Counted from the stretch's first letter, positions 1 through 11,155 are shown. The stretch: 64,000 nt of DNA from Promethearchaeota archaeon (GCA_019058365.1 JAHPZE010000007.1:1-64000); one strand, 5' to 3'. Notes: generated from the sequence alone by a model not told the origin. Made by a program: numbers and translations.

Positions 1-120
1 TGGATACAATTTAATACCAAGTGGTCTTCAAATCACTGAATTTTGTAGCTAATCAATTATTTTTCTTTAAATAGATTCGCCTATAAAGTAATTAAAAAGC
101 AAGGTGAAGCACATTTGTCA

Positions 121-324
121 ATCGACCTTGATTTTAGTCCTGTTTAGCAACCGAGCATTTCTTTAGCCGACCTTATTTAAAATGTAGTGATTTCTGGAAA
201 GAAGGGCAGCGGCAAAACTACCTTATTAGCTCATATATCAAATCCAATTTATGAAAAAGCCCATTTTATTTGTGTGTTAAACATAATTTTATTATCTATT
301 AAAAAAATTAGATCATTTGGTTAG
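121..324 (+). pseudogene. Degraded P-loop ATPase fragment (HerA/DUF87-like)
   Basis: Frame from 121 reads IDLDFSPV*QPSISLADLI*NVVISGKKGSGKTTLLAHI: an intact Walker A preceded by two in-frame stops; no start codon. Confidence 0.5.
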
Positions 325-422
325 AAAATAAATTTGAAAGGACCGTGTAATATATATTAAAAAAAAAAAATTCTTTATTTATTGATGTATTTTTATAGTT
401 ATCTTAATCTTTGGACATCTTA

Positions 423-1249
423 TTAGAGGCCTTTAGGGCCTTGCTTACATATTTCATAGGCTTCGTCTACAGAAGCATTCTCATGAACTATCGCTCGAAC
501 TGCTTTAATCATTCCAATAGGGCTGTCACTTTGAAAGATATTTCTTCCCATATTTACGTCTATAACTGTAAAAATCAGTTATAGTCTACGCCGACAGCTC
601 CTTTGTCAATTGCATCTTTTGACATCTGTAGTGCATCTCTTTCTTCGATCTTTTTTCCTCCTGCGATTACAATTGGTGCTGGACAAATACTTGTTACTTC
701 TTCAAAGTTCTCGCAATAATAGGTCTTTACAAAAGTAGCACCCATTTCTGCAGCCATTCTACTTGCCATCCCTAGATAACGTGCATCTCTTACCATTTCT
801 CTTCCAACGGCAGTGACAGCTAATGTAGGAATGCCATATTCTTGCCCCCAATTTACTAACTTTGAAAGGTTCATTAAAGTTTGCTTCTCATATTCTCCTC
901 CTACAAAAATTGAGCAAGTAATAGCTGATACATTCAATCTTATCGCATCATCAACAGTAACATTTATTTCTTCATTAGAGAGCTCTTTTAACATTGAAGC
1001 CCCCGCTGATACTCTTAAAACAATAGGTACATCAATTTCAGAAGGTACACAGTTTCTAAGCATCCCTCTTGTCAACATAAGAGCATCAGCATATTCAAAT
1101 AAGGGCTTCATATCAGTGAAACATTTTAATTGACTGGGAACGTTTCCAAAATATCCATGATCAATAGCTAACATAACGCACCGCCCACTCTTTGGTTTAA
1201 TTATTCTGTTAAAGCGGTTCTGAAAACCCCAATCACCCACTACAACCAT
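423..1249 (-). CDS. lsrF: LsrF-like class I aldolase/thiolase; spliced gene complement(join(423..553,586..1249)), 264 aa
   Basis: Motifs [29 protein letters not shown]. The ORF stops at ...GAVGVDYN*, but the conserved C-terminus [23 protein letters not shown] continues in another frame to TAA 425-423. Removing 554-585 gives GAVGVDMGRNIFQ. Confidence 0.9.
554..585 (-). other. 32-nt bulge-helix-bulge intron in lsrF mRNA
   Basis: Sense RNA: GCGU [AG^A] CUAUAACUG AUUUUUA CAGUUAUAG ACGU [AA^A] UAUGG. Central 4-bp helix GCGU/ACGU, two 3-nt bulges, perfect 9-bp intron stem; cutting at ^ restores frame and motif. Confidence 0.88.
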
Positions 1250-1367
1250 TTTTAAATCCCTTTTTAATAGTTTGAATATTAATTAAGATTATTTTTTTAA
1301 ATAAATTAATGATCTCTATTTTACTTTTTCTAAAAAACACATATAAGTAAAGTTTATACAAAAATAA

Positions 1368-2216
1368 TTAAATCACACTTAAGAATTCTCCAACTCTGTT
1401 CTTAATTTTTGAAACGAGTTTTCTTGAGATGTTTCGCCTTATAAACTCTTTAATCAAGTTAAAGTGATAATTACTAATTTTTTTTCTACCAAATTTTTTA
1501 GAAATTCTAACTATTAACTCATCTTCATAAATTTGATCAATTTCTTCTAATATTGAAACAGTATAATGCACTTCATTTATCAGTTTAGATATATCTTGCT
1601 GAAGGAGTTTTAGTTGTTGTTCTTCATCAATAATGTCTAAGGCTCTTTTAATGATCTGTTCCTCGAATTTTAACTTGATTGTCCACGGAGTCTGAAATAT
1701 ATGTTGAGATGTATCCAATATTAAAGCATCTCTATCCTTAATTTTAATTTTATTAATATCAGGGTTTTCAATTATATGGATTGTTTTACTTTCCCTATAT
1801 GTCTCTGGTAATATATTATCCCCAACTGAATTCAATAAAGCTTCATCATATTGGAAATTTTCATCTTTTATAACATAAGAGGGATAATTAAATATTTTTC
1901 CATGTATAAGACTGAAAATTCCATAGATTCCAAAAATTTGTATTAAGTTCCTAAGATTTACCCTTCCAGCAGCTTCCCTATCAACTTCAGGAGAAATCGC
2001 ACCCATCAGAATATCTATTTTCTCATACCCTCTTATAATTCCTTTTGTATCTACAAAAACGATAAATTGGTGTTCAGGACATACAGCATTAATTGGTATT
2101 TGAATTTTAACAGTACCAAATTTTTTTTGAGAGAAAATCGCCTCAGGAACATTAATTGATTTCGCTTTCCCACATGTAGGGCATACGACTTCTAGAACCT
2201 TAAATGATTCAGGCAT
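1368..2216 (-). CDS. Hypothetical protein with N-terminal Zn-binding motif (CPTC...CPEH)
   Basis: 282-aa ORF with Cys/His knuckles. Confidence 0.7.
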   Translation of the reverse strand: MPESFKVLEVVCPTCGKAKSINVPEAIFSQKKFGTVKIQIPINAVCPEHQFIVFVDTKGIIRGYEKIDILMGAISPEVDREAAGRVNLRNLIQIFGIYGIFSLIHGKIFNYPSYVIKDENFQYDEALLNSVGDNILPETYRESKTIHIIENPDINKIKIKDRDALILDTSQHIFQTPWTIKLKFEEQIIKRALDIIDEEQQLKLLQQDISKLINEVHYTVSILEEIDQIYEDELIVRISKKFGRKKISNYHFNLIKEFIRRNISRKLVSKIKNRVGEFLSVI

Positions 2217-2345
2217 ATTAGAATCTGAAAAATTAATATTTCAACTAATAATAAATAGATAAACTCTAAATAAAAAATTTAAGGAAATTCCCGCAATTCA
2301 AAAATCACGGTTTAAAATTAAAATCTTGTAAATTTAATAATAAAT

Positions 2346-3059
2346 TTATTTATTAAGGAGCTTGAGAAATTTCTTCTTCCAAATCTGATACTCCATCACA
2401 TAGTTGAAGCCGCAAACAATATCAAATTCTCTTTTTTCAATTAAATTTTTTAACCTTTTTGCTCCTTCCATGGTTGATTGTAATGGACCGTAAGGATTTA
2501 AAATAAAAATCTGATCTAATGGGATTAAATAATCACAGATGAAAATTACATTTTCAAAAATATAAAAAGTGAATCCTTGAGTGTGTCCATTGATATGAAA
2601 AGCTTCTATTCCAGATAAATTAAAATCTTTCGTAAATTTTTTATCAAAAGGATTCAATTTAGAAAGTGAATGTTCAGAATCATTTTTATGAATCCATATA
2701 AAAGCAGTATAATATCCTCTATAAAGGTTTGATGCTCCAAGAAAATGTTGGTGCGTGAATAATATTTTATCCATCGGTTCTAACTCTTTAGAGAAGGTAG
2801 AAGGGCAATCAATCCAGACTCTCTTATTATCTATTTCAATACTATAAGCAGAATGTTCAAGTCCTAAAGATGGATATGAATTTAAGCGGACTACTTTATC
2901 GTTAACTCTTGAGCTCACAATTTTATGCATTTGTGAACACTCTTCTGCAGTTATAAAGTTTTCATTAGAGGCGCCACAGAAAGGACAAAATTGAAAATAG
3001 TGCCCTATCATATTATAACCACATTTTTTACATACATATTGTCTTTGAAAGTCTGTCAT
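2346..3059 (-). CDS. Rubredoxin-like/Zn-ribbon + metallo-beta-lactamase-fold protein
   Basis: CKKC...CPFC; THQHFLG, GHTQG and ICD motifs. Confidence 0.7.
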   Translation of the reverse strand: MTDFQRQYVCKKCGYNMIGHYFQFCPFCGASNENFITAEECSQMHKIVSSRVNDKVVRLNSYPSLGLEHSAYSIEIDNKRVWIDCPSTFSKELEPMDKILFTHQHFLGASNLYRGYYTAFIWIHKNDSEHSLSKLNPFDKKFTKDFNLSGIEAFHINGHTQGFTFYIFENVIFICDYLIPLDQIFILNPYGPLQSTMEGAKRLKNLIEKREFDIVCGFNYVMEYQIWKKKFLKLLNK

Positions 3060-3164
3060 TTCACTTGATTAGTCTGAGATTATCTAAATATTAATAAAAC
3101 TTCATTCGGATTATTTCTTATTGCATATATTAAAATTTTTTTTATATATTAAATTGGTAAAATC

Positions 3165-4451
3165 ATGAATATTAACGTTTCTGAAGAAGATTCGAAATAC
3201 ATGTATGACTTTGTGCAAAGCATTATTGACGAAATTGGACCAAGAATGTCATGTAGTTCAAAAGAAGCAGAAGCTGCAGAATTTATCAAGAATGAGCTTG
3301 AAAAATCCTGTGATGAAGTCTCAGTGGAGCGCTTTGCATGCCATCCAAAAGCATTTTTAGGTTGGATTAAACTGGACATGTTTATGATTGTAATTTCGAT
3401 TCTCCTTTACTTTTTAAGCCAAATATTTACAGAACAATTCTGGTTATTACTTATAGCTATAATATCTTTTCTTTTTGTATTATTACCATTTTTAATTATG
3501 TGGGAAGAATTCTTCAATTACAGAGAGTTTATTGACTCATTGTTTCGTAAAAAAACCTCACAAAATGTAATTGGTAAATTTAAATCAGAGGGAGAGCTAA
3601 AAAAAATTATCATTTTTTCAAGCCATATGGATACCGCTGTTGAATTTAAATTGATGAAACTTTTGGGTTGGAGATTTATACCAATAGCATTTGGAGTAAT
3701 TTTTCTCATGCTAATGTGGTTGGTTCTTTCATTCTTAAATTTAGCCTTTATATTGATTGGATTCATTAGCCTGAAAGCTATTTTTCTGAATATTATGATT
3801 TGGGCTCTTATCATTGGAAGTCCCTTTATTATCCTCTTATTCTTTTTTGTACCATTGGGAGAGAAGGGGAATGTGGTACCGGGTGCCACAGATAATTTAA
3901 GTAGTTGTTCAGTTATTCAAGGATTGGGACGATATCTAAAAAATAATAGAGATATTATCCCACCTAATATTGAGATAAGATTGATTAGCTTTGGGTGCGA
4001 AGAAGTTGGTTTGAGAGGATCATATCGCTATGTAGAAGTTCATCACAATGAACTAAAAAGAAATGAAACTCTTGTAGTAAATATGGATGGCCTTGAAAAA
4101 CCCGATTATATTTATATAGTAGAATTTGAGCCTACTACAAGGACTTGGCACTCTAAGGAAGTTATTCAAAAATTATCAAGAGCAGCAGAAATTGTAAATA
4201 TTGAAGCAAAACGAATAGGTTCAGGAAAATTAGAAAAAGCATTAGGACGCTTAACTGGAGGCTCTGATGCTGCTGCTTTCTCAAAAGCAGATATTAAGGC
4301 CGAATTTATAAATGCGGCTGATTGGAAAAACCGTTCTAGTTACTATCATCAATCTGGAGATACTATTGACAAAATTGAAAAAGGAACTTTGGAAAGTATA
4401 TTAAAAATATGTATAGCTTTTTTAACAAATGAATCAAAATCTCACGATTAA
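3165..4451 (+). CDS. Membrane-anchored M28 family peptidase
   Basis: SHMD, GATDN, CEEVGLRGS, GSDA, YYHQ motifs; inserted TM helices. Confidence 0.85.
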   Translation: MNINVSEEDSKYMYDFVQSIIDEIGPRMSCSSKEAEAAEFIKNELEKSCDEVSVERFACHPKAFLGWIKLDMFMIVISILLYFLSQIFTEQFWLLLIAIISFLFVLLPFLIMWEEFFNYREFIDSLFRKKTSQNVIGKFKSEGELKKIIIFSSHMDTAVEFKLMKLLGWRFIPIAFGVIFLMLMWLVLSFLNLAFILIGFISLKAIFLNIMIWALIIGSPFIILLFFFVPLGEKGNVVPGATDNLSSCSVIQGLGRYLKNNRDIIPPNIEIRLISFGCEEVGLRGSYRYVEVHHNELKRNETLVVNMDGLEKPDYIYIVEFEPTTRTWHSKEVIQKLSRAAEIVNIEAKRIGSGKLEKALGRLTGGSDAAAFSKADIKAEFINAADWKNRSSYYHQSGDTIDKIEKGTLESILKICIAFLTNESKSHD

Positions 4452-4525
4452 GTTTTTATAATTATATTTTATTTACTTTTTAATTTACTAACAAAATATA
4501 ATTCAAAGAAAAAGAAGGGATTTTT

Positions 4526-5842
4526 TTGCAGATTGAAATTTCAAAAGATGATTCGAAATATATGTATGATATCATCCAAAAGATAATTGATGAATGTGGT
4601 CCTCGAATGCCTTGTAGTCCACAAGAAGCTAAAGGTGCAGAATTTATAAAAAATGAACTTGAAGAGACTTGTGATGAGGTAACTATTGAACCTTTTACAT
4701 GTCATCCTAGAGCTGCTTTGGGGTGGATAAGAGTAGACTTAATATTGAGTTTGTTATCATTCAGCTTATTTCTTTTAATCCACTTGTTTATAGATTCATT
4801 TTGGGTATATATTTTATCAATTATATCGACTTTACTAATATTTATAGCAATATTGATCGCTTGGGAGGAGTTCTTTAGTTATAAAGAGTTTGTAGATCCA
4901 ATATTTAAGAAAAAAAATTCTCAAAATGTTATAGGTAAAATAAAACCTATTGGTGAAATTAAAAAAATCATTATTTTTTCTGGACATCATGATAGTGCTT
5001 TACAGTTTAATCTTCTAAGATATTTAAAGTATGGCTATGAATTAATTATTTTTTTAGGTCTTGGAATTCTATTTTTTTGGTTTTTCGCATCTATCATTTT
5101 TATAGTACTTTCCATATTCACCTTTTTATTAGATATTACATTGATATATCGATCTTTCTTTAATTTAGTTATTTGGCTATTAATTATTGGAGCTGTACCA
5201 CTTACAACGTTATTTTTCTTTGTAACTCCAGGCAAAAGAGCAAATAAGGTTCCTGGTGCAGTTGATAACTTAAGTGCAGTTGCAATTATATTAGGTGTCG
5301 GAAGATATCTGAAAAGCCATAAAGATATAATACCTAAAAACACTGAAATAAGAATAATATCATTTGGAAGTGAGGAAGCATTTTTAAGGGGGGCTTTCCG
5401 TTATGTGGAAGCGCACTTAGAAGAATTACAAAAATTTGATGCAGAATGTGTCAATTTGGATGCTATTCAAAGTACAAATTATCTCACATTCTCCGATAAA
5501 GAACCAACAACTAGAACTATTCATAGTGAAGAAGTTGTTCAAAAACTTATCAAATCGGCTGAATTAGTAGGTGTTAAAGCAAATATTGCTAGCTTGGGAG
5601 GAGGCAGTTTTCTTGAAAAAATAGCAGGCTTAATGGGGGGAGGTACTGATGCTACCGCTTTTTCAAAATCAAAAATAAAAGCTAGTACTATTACAGGTTT
5701 GAGTCTAATAAAGATGGTCCATTTTTACCATCAAGAAACAGACACTCCAGATAAAATTGAAAAAGGAGTCTTAGAAAATGCGTTAAAAATATGTATAGGA
5801 TATTTATTTTCCAGAACAACACAACAAAAGTTGATTAATTAA
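4526..5842 (+). CDS. Membrane-anchored M28 family peptidase (tandem paralog)
   Basis: GHHD, GAVDN, SEEAFLRGA, GTDA, FYHQ motifs; co-linear with the upstream gene; TTG start. Confidence 0.85.
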   Translation: MQIEISKDDSKYMYDIIQKIIDECGPRMPCSPQEAKGAEFIKNELEETCDEVTIEPFTCHPRAALGWIRVDLILSLLSFSLFLLIHLFIDSFWVYILSIISTLLIFIAILIAWEEFFSYKEFVDPIFKKKNSQNVIGKIKPIGEIKKIIIFSGHHDSALQFNLLRYLKYGYELIIFLGLGILFFWFFASIIFIVLSIFTFLLDITLIYRSFFNLVIWLLIIGAVPLTTLFFFVTPGKRANKVPGAVDNLSAVAIILGVGRYLKSHKDIIPKNTEIRIISFGSEEAFLRGAFRYVEAHLEELQKFDAECVNLDAIQSTNYLTFSDKEPTTRTIHSEEVVQKLIKSAELVGVKANIASLGGGSFLEKIAGLMGGGTDATAFSKSKIKASTITGLSLIKMVHFYHQETDTPDKIEKGVLENALKICIGYLFSRTTQQKLIN

Positions 5843-5859
5843 AATAGATGTAATTAAAA

Positions 5860-8424
5860 TTACAATTTTTTGCTGTCTTTCACTACTAATTTTACCAAAA
5901 GTACTATAAGTATCATTGGTATAACGCCTACACCGAAAATTGAAAACAATACATAATTTATAGAATTTGGGAAAACAGTCGTTAAAAATAATTGTCCAAG
6001 CGAATCTATTAAATAATGAGCAATAATAGATGGAATTAAACTCCTAGTTTTAATATACATGTAAGCAAATGAAATTCCTAGACATGATGCATATACTACT
6101 TGGATTATAACATTAGATAGATCCGTTCCATTCAATAAATTAGCAAAATGATAGAAACCAAATGTTATTCCGTTAAGTAAAATGACTACAGTTTTACTAT
6201 ATTTCCTTAACTGTAAATTTAATATAACTCCTCTAAAAGCAACCTCTTCCCAAATTCCTGGGATAAGCATAATAATAAAAAGAAACCAGTTATTTCCCAT
6301 AAAAAAGAAGTTGCCGTAAAAAATGTAGTTTCCAAGAAATTCTCCGAACAATACGGTGGATAATCCATAAATACCTATAGCACTAATTCCAAGCACAAGA
6401 TTTCTCCATAGAGGTTTGACTCTAGTTAATCCTATAGATAGAGAATGGTCTCTAAAGGTTTCTTTACCATTTGGAAGTTTTAATCCAAATGGAACGATAA
6501 TCTGCCATAATAGAATTAAAAACCCAACTATTATAAAAAAGCCAAGAAATAAATTAGTAATAGTAGGTAGATTGTAAATAAATGGAAATAAAATTAGTGG
6601 TAAAAACAAAAAAATCACTTGTAAGATCACTAGAACAAGAGTTCCTACATTAACATGTTCTCTTAAAAAACCTCCGGTTTTATACTCAGCCGTTTTTTCT
6701 AATTTTGGAAACATCCTGTTGAAAATGAACACCATCAGTGCTAATCCAAAAAGACCAACTCCCCCCAAAACTAATAGTCCAATAGTAATACCAAAACCAT
6801 ATATTAAAAAAGTTCCAGTTATTAGAAACGCCATAAAAAGACCAAAATCGGATAATAACATTGCGATCCATTTTAGAATCTTATTCTCTTTATTTAATTC
6901 TTCAATTACGTATTTGTATTTCATTTTTCCAAAGAATTTGATTTTTAGTAGAAACATAAATAACAGCAAAGTCCATGCAATCGGCAATGTGATCAGAAGT
7001 AGAATTATAACAATAACAGATTGTAGTATCAAGGTAAGGACAATTGAAGTTATAATAAGTGATATTCCTTGAATTGATAACATTAACAAAATTTTTGCTT
7101 TTGCTTGATCTCGTGGAAGAATTGGTAATGAAGCTAATGTTGAGCTACCTGATTCTTCAAGATTCAAGAATCCTATTATTAGCATAATTGGTATAAAAAG
7201 ATACACAAGAAGTATAATAGACCATACTATCAATATTGATTCAATTGAAAGGGTTATCGCATTAAATAGTCCACTCATTGATAAAATCATTATTAGTGGA
7301 TAAAAAATAGGGAAGAATATAAACATAAAAGATTGGATATCTCTTGTCGAAGAAACTATATCTTTACGTAAATATGCCTTAATTGGTGAGATAGGATTTA
7401 GTTCGAATTGAATCTCCCTCTTCTTTTCCATTTTTACTGTTTTGATTTCTGTTGAAATTGCACTATGTAATGCCCTTTGAGCAACTTTAAATAGTGCCCA
7501 TGTTAAAACAATGCTTAACGCAAACCCTGTTAAAGTAGTAAGTATTAAAATAGGATGTACTTGAAATTGAAGATTAGTTAATGATACTAGAAATGCAGGG
7601 GCAAATAAGAAAGGAATAAGACTTAAAATAATAATCAATATGAAAGAAGGCTCAGTAGTAGCAAAAATTGCAAAAAGACTAATGGTTGCATTTAATCCCC
7701 AACTGATTATAAAGCTAGTACAAAACATGATAATAAAATAGCCTAACATGGTTACTGTTCTAATTATATTCGCGTTTTTTGATTTCATTTTCGATTCTGA
7801 AAAAAGAAAACTCATCTTTTCTCCAATTATTACCAGAATGCTAAAACTGAAAATTACATTCACAACTGATGCTGCTAAACAAACCAAAAACATTATAAAG
7901 TCTTGAGTTATGATCAGCATAATTATTGGAAATGCTACAATTAAAATTATTAATGGAATATCTAAATTGCGAAATAAAGTCATTACACCTATCTTTTTCA
8001 AACTCTTTTTAGAAAATGGAAGTGTCTGCAACCACTTGAAAGCATTACCTGACATGAAAGATCCAGTTGAGATCATTCCAAACATAAGCATATACATAAC
8101 AGTTATCCCAAAAAAAATCATAAATAGAAATGATGATATGAAAAAAATTGTATTTATGCTATAGAGACCTAAATTATCTCTAATTTGGAAATACGTAACT
8201 AATGGTAGTAAAGGCAAAAATAAAAAAAGAATTGAAAAAACAATTTTAAGTGCCAAAGCTTGATGCCTAATATAATTTTTATTCTTTTTCAGTTTCTCAA
8301 TAAATTTTGCTTGATGCGCTCCTGCACTAGCCATCTGGCTCTCCATAATGATCTCATAAATAGGGTATTTCGCTAAAGAATAGAAAGATTTTTGTTTTTT
8401 TTCTTCCATATTCATCAACACCAT
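5860..8424 (-). CDS. ABC-2-type permease fused to a C-terminal CPBP (Abi/CAAX protease) domain
   Basis: Many TM segments; C-terminal WEEVAFRG, FGFYH and AHYLID motifs; coupled to the upstream ABC ATPase. Confidence 0.8.
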   Translation of the reverse strand: MVLMNMEEKKQKSFYSLAKYPIYEIIMESQMASAGAHQAKFIEKLKKNKNYIRHQALALKIVFSILFLFLPLLPLVTYFQIRDNLGLYSINTIFFISSFLFMIFFGITVMYMLMFGMISTGSFMSGNAFKWLQTLPFSKKSLKKIGVMTLFRNLDIPLIILIVAFPIIMLIITQDFIMFLVCLAASVVNVIFSFSILVIIGEKMSFLFSESKMKSKNANIIRTVTMLGYFIIMFCTSFIISWGLNATISLFAIFATTEPSFILIIILSLIPFLFAPAFLVSLTNLQFQVHPILILTTLTGFALSIVLTWALFKVAQRALHSAISTEIKTVKMEKKREIQFELNPISPIKAYLRKDIVSSTRDIQSFMFIFFPIFYPLIMILSMSGLFNAITLSIESILIVWSIILLVYLFIPIMLIIGFLNLEESGSSTLASLPILPRDQAKAKILLMLSIQGISLIITSIVLTLILQSVIVIILLLITLPIAWTLLLFMFLLKIKFFGKMKYKYVIEELNKENKILKWIAMLLSDFGLFMAFLITGTFLIYGFGITIGLLVLGGVGLFGLALMVFIFNRMFPKLEKTAEYKTGGFLREHVNVGTLVLVILQVIFLFLPLILFPFIYNLPTITNLFLGFFIIVGFLILLWQIIVPFGLKLPNGKETFRDHSLSIGLTRVKPLWRNLVLGISAIGIYGLSTVLFGEFLGNYIFYGNFFFMGNNWFLFIIMLIPGIWEEVAFRGVILNLQLRKYSKTVVILLNGITFGFYHFANLLNGTDLSNVIIQVVYASCLGISFAYMYIKTRSLIPSIIAHYLIDSLGQLFLTTVFPNSINYVLFSIFGVGVIPMILIVLLVKLVVKDSKKL

Positions 8425-9224
8425 TAATTTTTCATTTTAAAAGATGCTCTTAATTTTTTTATAATCTCATTAACTGAAGTGTCTTGTTCAGTTAACCTTA
8501 AAAATACATCTTCTAAACTAGCGCCGAGTTTATTCGCTTGTATACGTAGCTCTTCTAACGTTCCGATTCCAACTATTTTTCCTTTATGGATGATCCCTAT
8601 TCGATCACATAATTCCTGAGCAATTTCCATAATGTGTGTTGAAAAAAGAACTGAACCACCACTCTGTGTATGGAGGTCTAATATAGATTTAAAAACCCTT
8701 ACAGATTTCGCATCAAGACCAGCAATTGGTTCGTCCAAAATAAGCAAATCGGGTTCATGGAGTATTGCGGCAATTATTTGTAGTTTTTGTTTATTACCGT
8801 GGGACAATGTTGCAATTAATTGTTCATAATAGTCAATTGCTTCCAAGCTCTCCATGTATTCTTTTGCAAGTTTTGTGGTCTTTGATTCATCCAATCTACG
8901 GACAGATGCTATGAAATTAAATAAATCTTTCGGCGTTAATGATTTAAAGATTAAAGGTTCCTCACTTACATACCCTATACGACGTTTGATTTCAACCTCA
9001 TCACGTTCTGGGTCCATTCCAAAAACACTCATTTCTCCATCATTTGGTTCAAGGAGTCCTAATAGAAGCTTTATTGTAGTAGTTTTTCCCGCACCATTAG
9101 GACCTAAAAGACCAAAAACTTCACCTTTGTGAACATTAAAAGAAATACCATCAACAGCTTTAACTTCTCCAAAATATTTCTTTAAATCTTTGACAACAAT
9201 TATTTCATGATTAGACATTTTCAT
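8424..9224 (-). CDS. ABC transporter ATP-binding protein
   Basis: GPNGAGKTT, LSHGNKQK, LILDEP, STH motifs. Confidence 0.95.
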   Translation of the reverse strand: MKMSNHEIIVVKDLKKYFGEVKAVDGISFNVHKGEVFGLLGPNGAGKTTTIKLLLGLLEPNDGEMSVFGMDPERDEVEIKRRIGYVSEEPLIFKSLTPKDLFNFIASVRRLDESKTTKLAKEYMESLEAIDYYEQLIATLSHGNKQKLQIIAAILHEPDLLILDEPIAGLDAKSVRVFKSILDLHTQSGGSVLFSTHIMEIAQELCDRIGIIHKGKIVGIGTLEELRIQANKLGASLEDVFLRLTEQDTSVNEIIKKLRASFKMKN

Positions 9225-9610
9225 TCATTTAAATTGATTCTTTAAAATAAATTTTTTTAAAAAAGACTATATATTTCCTTATATATTTACATATAATATT
9301 ATATTTAAATATTATGAATAAGCATATAATTAGTGCCTTCGATGAAATGAACTTATTTTCATAATATATATAGATATATATCAATATCACATTTAATGTA
9401 ATATTATCGCTTGAAATAATTTTTTACATCTGTTTTATTACGTGGAGGATTTCCTATTAAGATAAATTTTAATGTCCTTTATTTAAACGAATTGGCCAAA
9501 ATACTATTGAAATTTTCGAAATTTTTCTATTTTCTTTTAATTTTTCTATTATTAATAGCTAAACACTCAATTAACGCCATTGCCAATAAACATTAAAATA
9601 ATTTGTATGA

Positions 9611-11155
9611 TTAACGGAAGATCGGTGGTAGAAGCTGTAGATAGTCCTTATCCATTATTGCACTGGCACAAATAAACCCAGAATGGGTAGCAGCTTCAAT
9701 TCCTCCTTCATTAGTGCGTTTCCCATAAGTATCTCCGGCAAAATATAGTCCCTTGATAGTTGGACATTTTACATCCACCCACTCGTCCTCTGGGTGCCTC
9801 CACAATATACAAGTATCTCCAACGGTGAATAACATAAATTCCAGAGCCTCTCTCCAGCCTGAGAATGCAGTATCTAAAAATTTCAACATTCTATCTATCA
9901 CAATATTCACTTTTTTCTTATCATGTGCCTCACTATCTAAAATACTGCTAGCCATACCCGCCAGATACTTCCCTTCAGGAGCGGTTGTAGGTGCAATATT
10001 AGACATACTTACTATATCAAGAGGAACATTACCTCTAAACAATCCTTCCTTCTCTGGGATCAACATGGAAGTATGGTAAAAAGTCCTAGGGTCAACCTCG
10101 AGTTCACAAAAAGTATTCAACGGTTTAGATAAACCTATTTGCGCAGCAACCATGGCGGTATGAATTACTTTTTTAGTTAATTTGACAAAATCTGTAGGTA
10201 ATAAATCCTCAGGTAATAATTTTAGCAATTCTCGTGGCGGAGTAGTACAAACAATCAATGGAGCCTTTATTTCTACTATTTTACCATCAATCTTAGCTAT
10301 AACGCCGATAGCTCTTCCATTTTGGACGATAATTTCATTGACTTGAGCATTTGTAACAATATCACCTTGAGCATCTCTAACGACACTTGCAAAACCCTCA
10401 ACAATAAAACGATGCCCTGGTGCCCCCGCAAACGCCCAAGAACCGTCTGTTATATGTACTCCCATTTTTTGAACCTGTAAAAATACCTTTAAATTCTCTC
10501 CAGCGGAGTTCAGAGCTGGATCGTTGATGATCGTCTGGAAGGTCCCCATAGCATAATGGAATTCTTGTGCGAGTTCATTTTTAGTTATACTGGTTATGTA
10601 ATCTTTCAATGTTACGTCGTCCAATTTCTCAGCTTCAGCTATTGATTGAACTTGGAGCTTTCTTTTATGGACATTCACCATCTCAGCGTAATCTTCATCG
10701 CTCATCCAACCATACTTGGATCTTCTGTCTATTATATGAGGTTTCCAATCATGATCATACCATACGAAACCTACATTAGGATAGAAAATCGAAGCTTTGT
10801 TAAATAGGGCTAAGGCGTGGCTAACCCGTCCTCGATTAGTATACCAAGCCCCCCTACCCCCCGATTCAAGCACATAACCATTAAGCATCTTGTTCTTTAT
10901 GAGTGTGTGGAGATCAGGTTCTGTCCTATCGACAACCCAAGAGTGAGCGGATTGCATTAAGGTTTTACGAAATTTATTTGCATCCTTAATACTTTCCCCT
11001 CGGAAAGATGTAGCACGTCCCCCTATCTGTGAAGATCCCTCAAGGATGAGAACCTTCTTGTGTTCCATATTGGATAAAATTGCACCAACAACTGATCCGG
11101 CTATGCCACATCCTATGATTATGACATCATAATCATTCGAAATTTTTTTAGACAT
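9611..11155 (-). CDS. FAD-dependent oxidoreductase (phytoene desaturase/amine oxidase superfamily)
   Basis: DVIIIGCGIAG, ILEGSSQIGGR, GLYFAGD motifs; likely start ATG 11155 after GAGGAG. Confidence 0.8.
   Translation of the reverse strand: MSKKISNDYDVIIIGCGIAGSVVGAILSNMEHKKVLILEGSSQIGGRATSFRGESIKDANKFRKTLMQSAHSWVVDRTEPDLHTLIKNKMLNGYVLESGGRGAWYTNRGRVSHALALFNKASIFYPNVGFVWYDHDWKPHIIDRRSKYGWMSDEDYAEMVNVHKRKLQVQSIAEAEKLDDVTLKDYITSITKNELAQEFHYAMGTFQTIINDPALNSAGENLKVFLQVQKMGVHITDGSWAFAGAPGHRFIVEGFASVVRDAQGDIVTNAQVNEIIVQNGRAIGVIAKIDGKIVEIKAPLIVCTTPPRELLKLLPEDLLPTDFVKLTKKVIHTAMVAAQIGLSKPLNTFCELEVDPRTFYHTSMLIPEKEGLFRGNVPLDIVSMSNIAPTTAPEGKYLAGMASSILDSEAHDKKKVNIVIDRMLKFLDTAFSGWREALEFMLFTVGDTCILWRHPEDEWVDVKCPTIKGLYFAGDTYGKRTNEGGIEAATHSGFICASAIMDKDYLQLLPPIFR

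Noticed and set aside
575-577. TGA ending the lsrF ORF as Sec or as a true stop (pseudogene)
   Set aside because: The downstream coding sequence is in another frame and intact, and the TGA lies inside the intron hairpin.
554-585. Insert as a MITE footprint with a CGTA target duplication
   Set aside because: CGTA does flank the hairpin, but this also follows from the near self-complementary central helix. The AMP phosphorylase insert has no such duplication yet has the same BHB geometry. An origin by duplication is not excluded.
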